Source: Candidatus Saccharimonadales bacterium (GTDB lineage Bacteria > Patescibacteriota > Saccharimonadia > Saccharimonadales > UBA10212). Taken from it: a stretch of 64,000 bases of DNA. This document shows, one piece after another, positions 56,080 to 64,000 of the stretch. The position numbers and the translations under genes are program-made. Location of the stretch: contig DATCIS010000019.1 of assembly GCA_036507655.1 (NCBI GenBank), positions 10,736-74,735 of the forward strand, given 5' to 3'. Below the pieces are notes generated by a model. That model saw only the letters and a list, made by a program, of their open reading frames with translations. It was not told the DNA's origin and searched no databases. Each line of letters starts with the position of its first letter. Position 1 is the first letter of the stretch.

Positions 56080-56439
56080 TCAGCCCGTGAATGCCCTGAT
56101 TAAGAAGTAAATTGCCGCCAATGGCAGAAGCGGCCAGATCACGGCCACTACCAGGCTGAAAATTGCATTTACACTTATTACTACCGCTGCCGCAATCAAT
56201 GTCAAAAGACGCACAAAGAAGCCAATGGTCCTGGAAACCAGATTATCGATGGTCGCTCTGAATTTTTCATCTATAGACCTGCCGGGTGCTGATATAAGCT
56301 GTTTCCAAGGCGCAAATAAATTCTCGAGTAATGGGGGGATGGAAAATTCCAGACCAGCTCTTTTGATGGACCTGGGAACGTCGCGCCAGGCTTCAAGCCA
56401 ACCTAAGCCATACCACCACTTGAAGAGCTCAAAAAACAT
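56080..56439 (-). CDS. Small membrane protein, putative partner of the Clp-like ATPase
   Basis: WWY..GW, LFAPWK, DNLVSR.IGF.VR plus TM hairpin; 2 nt before the ATPase start. Confidence 0.75.
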   Translation of the reverse strand: MFFELFKWWYGLGWLEAWRDVPRSIKRAGLEFSIPPLLENLFAPWKQLISAPGRSIDEKFRATIDNLVSRTIGFFVRLLTLIAAAVVISVNAIFSLVVAVIWPLLPLAAIYFLIRAFTG

Positions 56440-56517
56440 AAGCCCATTTTATCAGGAATTAGGATATAAGAAGAAATGACAAGCAGACGTTAAATTATTT
56501 TGGGGCAGCCAGCGTGT

Positions 56518-57096
56518 TTAACCCGCCGGCCGCCCCTTTATCCAGTACCCTCTGGCTGCATTACCTCTCGGTGCAGGCGGTAAGCCAGATTGACGAATCA
56601 TCTCAGACCACGATCCGAAGACCTTCTGAACGCAGCGTAGTGGTGGAGCTTCGAACTCGTAGTAGCGATTGACCCGTTCCAGGTGGCCCTGCCTTACTGC
56701 TTGGGCTGGATGCCAATCTGCAACCGCGGGCGTGTAACCAAAATGCTTATGCCACTCACGGGCTTTTTGTAGAATTGACTCGCTAGTCCATTTCTTGCCG
56801 CCCGCAGGACGGTAGATTCCTGACATCACTCGCAAATCGGCTACTCTTCTCACCCCGAGACCCAATTTTGCGGCGATTTCCTCATCGCTCTTACCGGCTT
56901 CGGCAAGTACTCGAACTTGCTCTTGCCTAACCTTAGTCCGACTGTTTTCTCGATTGAGGTTTCCGACCACCTGTCGAATTCGCTCAGCAGTTACACCTTC
57001 GCGAGCTCCGATTTCCTTTAGGGTCTTACCTTCCTCAAGAAGTTCTTTGCGCATGGTCTCGATTTTCTCGGGAGACCATCGCCGGTTCGGTGGCAT
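56518..57096 (-). CDS. Putative DNA-binding protein: tandem HTH + homing-endonuclease-associated repeat
   Basis: TLKEIGAREGVTAERIRQ (sigma70 r4-like), GKSDEEIAAKLGL, KWTSESIL...GYTP...FGSWSEMIRQSGL; SD AAAGGAGG. Confidence 0.7.
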   Translation of the reverse strand: MPPNRRWSPEKIETMRKELLEEGKTLKEIGAREGVTAERIRQVVGNLNRENSRTKVRQEQVRVLAEAGKSDEEIAAKLGLGVRRVADLRVMSGIYRPAGGKKWTSESILQKAREWHKHFGYTPAVADWHPAQAVRQGHLERVNRYYEFEAPPLRCVQKVFGSWSEMIRQSGLPPAPRGNAARGYWIKGRPAG

Positions 57097-57179
57097 TTTA
57101 GCCTCCTTTAGTCTAGAAGTCTGCTTGTCAAGAGTTCGTCTTGGAGTCCGTACCAGGCGGACTCAATAAAGACTACCAT

Positions 57180-57208
57180 ACTATAAAATATCCACACCTT
57201 TATTACAA
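57180..57208 (-). promoter_or_regulatory. Putative sigma70 promoter of the HTH gene
   Basis: TTGTAA-17nt-TATAGT, followed by leader hairpin GAGTCCG/CGGACTC (57144-57164). Confidence 0.6.
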
Positions 57209-57236
57209 TTCGCCTAAGTGAGGGTATTAAATTGGT

Positions 57237-57456
57237 TGGCATCGCGATGCTCACCTGAGCAGACACGTCAAAAGTATCAACATCTAAGCCGAGGACTTGC
57301 CGAGCGAATTTTTTGAGGGAAACTCATGAGCGAGACCGACCGTTAGGGAGTTCCGCAGGTTGTTGTGTGCTTTGACAGGTGGCTGCATCAAGCGAGAAGA
57401 ACGTTAGCGAATTTGATACCCGAACGCCTGAGCTGCTACAATGACTTCGAATGCCA
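57237..57456 (+). ncRNA. Candidate structured non-coding RNA or leader upstream of atpB
   Basis: Nested complementary segments TGGCAT/ATGCCA, GCTCA/TGAGC, GCAGACAC-GTCAAAAGTATCAACA / TGTTGTGTGCTTTGAC-AG-GTGGCTGC, TGAG-GGAAA-CTCA; no ORF. Confidence 0.55.
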
Positions 57457-57491
57457 CTGGGAAATGTCAATTGGGGGTTGCTTTGCTAAGC

Positions 57492-58277
57492 ATGGATTTC
57501 GCCACCGAGGCTTTGGCAGCCGAGAAACTATTTAATCTTGGCCCTCTACCGTTCACCAATAGTATGCTCTTTGGTATCCTGATGGCTATTCTGGTACTAG
57601 GTTTATTCGGCTTGGCTGCTCGCGTCAGCCAACTATGGCCCAAAAATCGACTCGTCTACTGGTTTGAGAGTTTTACTGAACTGGTGATGGGTATGATTAT
57701 CGAGACTTTCGGTGGTGATCGTAAACGCGCGCTGCGGCATTTTCCTCTGCTGATTACACTTTTGGTTTTTATCTTGGCCTGCAATCTTAGCGGTTTACTA
57801 CCAGGGGTGGGTTCTATTACCTACAATGGCACTCAGTTATTTCGCGCCTGGACCACTGACTTGAACTCAACTTTAGCAATGGCGACTTTGGCCTTGGCGA
57901 CTGTCCACATCTACGCCGTTAAGGAAATTGGTGGACTGGGTTATTTCCGCCATTTTTTCTCCGGCAATCTTAAAAACCCAATGAATATCTTTATCGGACT
58001 TAACGAGCTCTTCGGAGAAGTTTTGCGTCTGGTAACACTATCGCTGCGTCTTTTCGGGGTTATATACGGCGGTGAGGCCCTGCTTTTCGCCATTGCGGCA
58101 CTGGCTGGCAACTTGGCCTGGGCAGCCACATTACCGATAATGTTTCTGGAAATCTTTGTGGCGTTTGTCCAGGCCTATCTGTTCATGATGCTGACTGCCA
58201 GCTATCTGATGATGTCCACTACTCATAACGAGTCATCGGAGAGTCACTCGATTCAGGCGGCTGGAGCCAGGAATTAA
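57492..58277 (+). CDS. atpB: F0F1 ATP synthase subunit a
   Basis: NLSGLLPG, TTDLNST, LSLRLFG (essential Arg), QAYLF; likely start ATG 57492. Confidence 0.95.
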   Translation: MDFATEALAAEKLFNLGPLPFTNSMLFGILMAILVLGLFGLAARVSQLWPKNRLVYWFESFTELVMGMIIETFGGDRKRALRHFPLLITLLVFILACNLSGLLPGVGSITYNGTQLFRAWTTDLNSTLAMATLALATVHIYAVKEIGGLGYFRHFFSGNLKNPMNIFIGLNELFGEVLRLVTLSLRLFGVIYGGEALLFAIAALAGNLAWAATLPIMFLEIFVAFVQAYLFMMLTASYLMMSTTHNESSESHSIQAAGARN

Positions 58278-58296
58278 TAGGTAAAAAGGAGATTAT

Positions 58297-58512
58297 ATGG
58301 AAGTAGACCCGTCACTAATTAAAGGTTTGACAATCGGCTTGGGCGCTATCGGACCGGCCGTCGGTATCGGTTTAATTGGTGCGGCCGTGGTAGGTGCGGT
58401 CGGGCGGAATCCGGAAATGCAAGGCAAAATCCTGGCTACGGCCTTTATCATGGTCGGGCTAGTGGATGCCGTATTCGCATTCGTGCTGTTAATACTATTC
58501 ACAACTTCATAA
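58297..58512 (+). CDS. atpE: F0F1 ATP synthase subunit c
   Basis: GxGxG helix, GRNPE loop, carboxylate in GLVDAV. Confidence 0.95.
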   Translation: MEVDPSLIKGLTIGLGAIGPAVGIGLIGAAVVGAVGRNPEMQGKILATAFIMVGLVDAVFAFVLLILFTTS

Positions 58513-58522
58513 AGGAGCTTAA

Positions 58523-59074
58523 TTGGTTTTGACGATTAGCGTGCCGCTACAATTTGCTCAAGCAGAAGAATCCGCTAGCGGAATCGGTGCTTTTAATATC
58601 AACTTCAAGTCTTTTCTATTCCAGTTGGCAACTTTCGTAATCGTCCTTCTGGTATTGCGGCGTTGGGTATTCCCTAAATTGACTGCCATCATCGAGGCCA
58701 GGCGTAAAACGCTCGAGGAGAGCTTAGTTAAGGCAAAAGAGACAGATGAAGCACTAGCGAGGGCCGAGGAAAAGGCTGGGCAGATTATTAAATCTGCTCG
58801 CGAACAAGCGGATAAGGCCTTGGCTGATGCTCAAATCCAAGCCAAAGAGATAGCCGCTAAGGCTGAAGCAGCCACCGATGCTCAAGCCAAGCGCCTGATA
58901 GACGAGGCTAAGGAACGACTGGGCCACGAGCACCTAAAACTTCGGGAGCAGCTTAAGGCTGAATTAACGGATATGGTTATAATGTCGACCGAGAAAGTCC
59001 TGCGCCAAAAAATCAACCAGGCAGAAGACCGTCGTTTAGTTGAATCCACTGTCAAGGAGCTGGTCAATGATTAG
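58523..59074 (+). CDS. atpF: F0F1 ATP synthase subunit b
   Basis: TM followed by FP.L..IIEARR and coiled coil. Confidence 0.93.
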   Translation: MVLTISVPLQFAQAEESASGIGAFNINFKSFLFQLATFVIVLLVLRRWVFPKLTAIIEARRKTLEESLVKAKETDEALARAEEKAGQIIKSAREQADKALADAQIQAKEIAAKAEAATDAQAKRLIDEAKERLGHEHLKLREQLKAELTDMVIMSTEKVLRQKINQAEDRRLVESTVKELVND

Positions 59075-59459
59075 TTTGTCCCGGCGGCGCTTAGCCCAAT
59101 ACGCGGTTGATGAAATACTCGCTGAGCTTCCGGCAGCTGATTTATCGGCTCGCCTGGCAGCGGCTTTAATAGCGACCAACCGGCGCAATGAAATTGATTT
59201 ATTACTATCAGACATTGACCAGGAGTTGGAAGAGCGCCGATTGCTGGTCAGAGCCCATCTGACAAGTGCCTACTGGCTATCAGAAAAGCTGAAGCACGAG
59301 CTCATGACACAGCTTAAGAAGATGACACAAACCCAGGAAGTGGTTTTACGAGAAGAGGTCGATAAATCCGTCATCGGCGGAATCAGGGTTGAGACGGCGA
59401 CCCGCAGCTGGGATATGACGATAAGGCGGACGCTGAACAAGCTTAAGGAGGCCGCCTAG
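59067..59459 (+). CDS. atpH: F0F1 ATP synthase subunit delta (short)
   Basis: TSAY.LS, VDKSVIGGIRV, D.TIRR.L; position between atpF and atpA; likely start ATG 59067. Confidence 0.88.
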   Translation: MISLSRRRLAQYAVDEILAELPAADLSARLAAALIATNRRNEIDLLLSDIDQELEERRLLVRAHLTSAYWLSEKLKHELMTQLKKMTQTQEVVLREEVDKSVIGGIRVETATRSWDMTIRRTLNKLKEAA

Positions 59460-61063
59460 ATGTCAGGCGTCAAGTTCAATGTCAAAGACCTGGCTGAAGA
59501 GGTCCGGCGCTCGATTGCCAAACTCGAAGCTGCCGGTGATGAAAAAACGGCCGGTGTAGTGACGCGCGTGGGTGATGGTGTTGCCTGGATTTACGGTTTA
59601 GGCTCGTGTGGCTACGCCGAAATGCTGGAAATCGAAGGCTCAAAGGGCCCAGTTTCAGCCTTTGCCTTGAACCTACTGGAAGATGAGATTGGGGCAGTAC
59701 TTCTTGGTGAGGATGTAGGAGTTAAGGCTGGCAATCGTGTTAAACAGACCGGCCAGATTTTGTCAGTTCCGATTGGGCCGGAGCTCGTCGGCCGAGTCAT
59801 TGACCCGCTTGGTCGACCGCTAGACGGCAAAGGACCGGTTGAGGCCAAGCAGCATGGCGAAATCGAAAAAATCGCACCCAATGTACTGGCCCGGCGGAGC
59901 GTTTACCAATCTGTGCCCACAGGAATTACGGCTATTGACGCCATGGTGCCGATTGGCCGCGGGCAACGAGAGCTTATCTTGGGCGACCGCCAGACCGGTA
60001 AAACCGCTATAGCTGTGGATACTATGATTAACCAGGCGCGCCAAAAGACAGGCATTATTAATATTTACGTAGCTATCTCTCAAAAAAGAGCTAAAATCGC
60101 CCGGTTGATTGATCGGCTGCGCCGCGAGGGCGTGATGGAAACAAGCGTTATTGTTGTCACTTCAGCAGCCGACCCGGCGCCGCTGCAATATCTGGCACCG
60201 TATGCCGGCAGCGCCATCGGTGAATGGTTCCGTGACAACAAACAACACGCTCTGATTATCTACGATGATCTTTCCAAGCACGCCGTGGCTTATCGCCAGA
60301 TGTCATTGCTACTGCGTCGTCCACCGGGGCGCGAAGCTTACCCGGGTGACGTTTTCTATCTGCATTCACGGCTGCTTGAGCGAGCCGCCAAGCTGTCTGA
60401 TGAGCTGGGTGGCGGCTCGCTGACCGCCCTACCGATCATCGAGACCCAGGCCGGCGATGTCAGCGCCTATATTCCTACCAATGTGATTTCGATTACTGAT
60501 GGCCAAATCTATCTGGAATCGGACCTGTTCTATCAGGGTATCAGACCGGCGATTTCAGTCGGCCTGTCAGTCTCGCGCGTCGGCGGAAACGCCCAGCCGC
60601 CAGCCATCAAAGAGGTGGCCGGCCGGCTGCGTCTGGATTTGGCCCAGTACCGCGAACTGGCAGCTTTTTCGCAGTTCGCCACTGACTTGGACACCGAGAC
60701 CCAAGCCCGGCTTAGCCGCGGCCGCCTGCTGACGGAAATTTTGAAGCAGCCGCAATACTCGCCGCTGCCCGTCTGGCAGCAAACCACTAGCATCTATGCT
60801 GCTACAGAAGGTGCGTTCGACGGTATACCGATCGAGAACGTCAAGACCGCTCAAAACGCTCTGCTGCGGGAACTGGAGCAAAAGCATGCTAAGCTCGCAG
60901 ATGAATTACAAAAGGGCGAGAAAGCTGGCGACGAGATGAAAAAGGCCATTCTACAAGCTGCCCAAACTGTTGCTGGCCAGTATAAGACGAACCCGGCTGC
61001 CGATAAAAGTACGGAAAACGGTAAACGGCAAACGGTTAACCGAGTGACTGGAGGGAGCATCTA

Positions 61064-61064
<1 letters not shown>
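59460..61064 (+). CDS. atpA: F0F1 ATP synthase subunit alpha
   Basis: [43 protein letters not shown]. Confidence 0.98.
61011..61045. repeat. 7-bp tandem repeat inside the atpA 3' end
   Basis: acggaaa acggtaa acggcaa acggtta accgagt; encodes [11 protein letters not shown]. Confidence 0.75.
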
Positions 61065-63346
<2,282 letters not shown>

Positions 63347-63347
<1 letters not shown>

Positions 63348-63775
63348 TGGCTATCCATTTCCAACTGGTTTCGGCTACCGGCGTCAAGTTTGACGACGAA
63401 GCATATGAGGTACTAGTGCCGACAAAAGACGGCCAAATTGCGGTCTTTGAAGACCATATGCCGCTGCTATCTGCTGGAATGCCTGGCGTTCTAAGCATCC
63501 GCAAACAAGCCAGTGATGTTGACCGGGAAATGGAGCATTTTGCCGTTTACGGCGGCGTATTGGAAGTTGACGGCAAAAATGCCCGCTTTGTGACTGAAGA
63601 TGTAACCGCGGCCGACGAAGTTAGTGAGCAAGAAGCCCATGAGGCGCTGGCTAGAGCGCGAAGACTGGTTGAGGCAGCTGGCAACAGACAGGCCTTGCAC
63701 GAGGCTCAAACCGTCTTACACCACCAGAGTGCCAAGCTCCATCTAGCCCAGTTGAAACGTCGCCACCACCACTAG
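63347..63775 (+). CDS. atpC: F0F1 ATP synthase subunit epsilon
   Basis: LVS, PT.DG.I.V...H.PL, GG.LEV, C-terminal helices. Confidence 0.93.
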
Positions 63776-63784
63776 TGATTCTTC

Positions 63785-64000
63785 TTAACGTTTTTGTTTG
63801 GCGAGCGGAGAGGCTTTCCAGAAAACTTTGATGAGATTAGAGTCGTCGTGGGCGATCCGGCGCGAAATCGCCCACATCTCGACCGGTTTATCACCTTCAT
63901 TGCGGTGTGAACGTGGAGTTTTGGGTGCAACACGAACAGCCGAACCAGCAGGTATTTTTACGATATCATCGCCAAAACGCATGGTCAGCGTACCTTTAGT
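63785..64000 (-). CDS. Cupin domain protein, C-terminal part (runs off window end)
   Basis: LKGTLTMRFGDDIVKIPAGSAVRVAPKTPRSHRN; matches cupin motif 2. Confidence 0.75.
   Translation of the reverse strand, partial: TKGTLTMRFGDDIVKIPAGSAVRVAPKTPRSHRNEGDKPVEMWAISRRIAHDDSNLIKVFWKASPLAKQKR

Noticed and set aside
57188-57196. DnaA box / replication origin
   Set aside because: Only a single 8/9 match (ATATCCACA); no box cluster, unwinding element or dnaA nearby.
57237-57456. RNase P RNA, tmRNA or SRP RNA
   Set aside because: No GAGGAAAGUCC plus ACAGAA..CGGCUUA P4 pair (only a partial GGCAAGTCC..CGGCTTA on the minus strand), no tRNA-like ends or tag ORF, no SRP GGAA domain IV motif.

Overview
Gene-dense chromosomal segment (code 11, about 47-50% GC by eye) that looks like a Candidate Phyla Radiation genome, most likely Ca. 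Saccharibacteria (inferred from gene repertoire, short intergenic spaces and extended L19/GAPDH tails). Housekeeping content: radA, clpC (perfect CIRCE), nusA, rnhB, rplS, a PilB-like ATPase, dnaE, gatCAB, uvrB, a gap-rpiB-rpe-tkt-fba-pfkB cluster, trxB/glutaredoxin, an RND pump, pheST, rmuC, a ZIP/Fur divergon, MFS and ABC exporters, zwf and a full F1Fo ATP synthase operon. It also carries an Ndh + RnfD/FNR fusion + ApbE + FMN-binding flavinylation module. I found no CRISPR array, rRNA, tRNA or transposase. The most unusual signals are: (1) a four-copy family of about 85-nt structured elements with compensatory base changes, each starting immediately after a stop triplet; (2) a 220-nt structured RNA candidate in front of the atp operon, divergent from an HTH/homing-endonuclease-repeat gene; (3) degenerate 7-bp tandem repeats in UTRs and inside nusA, gatA, pheS and atpA; (4) a membrane-anchored HEPN-motif gene inside gatCAB; (5) a membrane-anchored Clp ATPase lacking both pore-loop tyrosines; (6) a perfect 38-bp palindrome; (7) an unannotated 57-aa Cys-rich ORF between pheS and pheT; and (8) widespread leaderless-type promoters. 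All family calls come from motif recognition by eye, not database searches.
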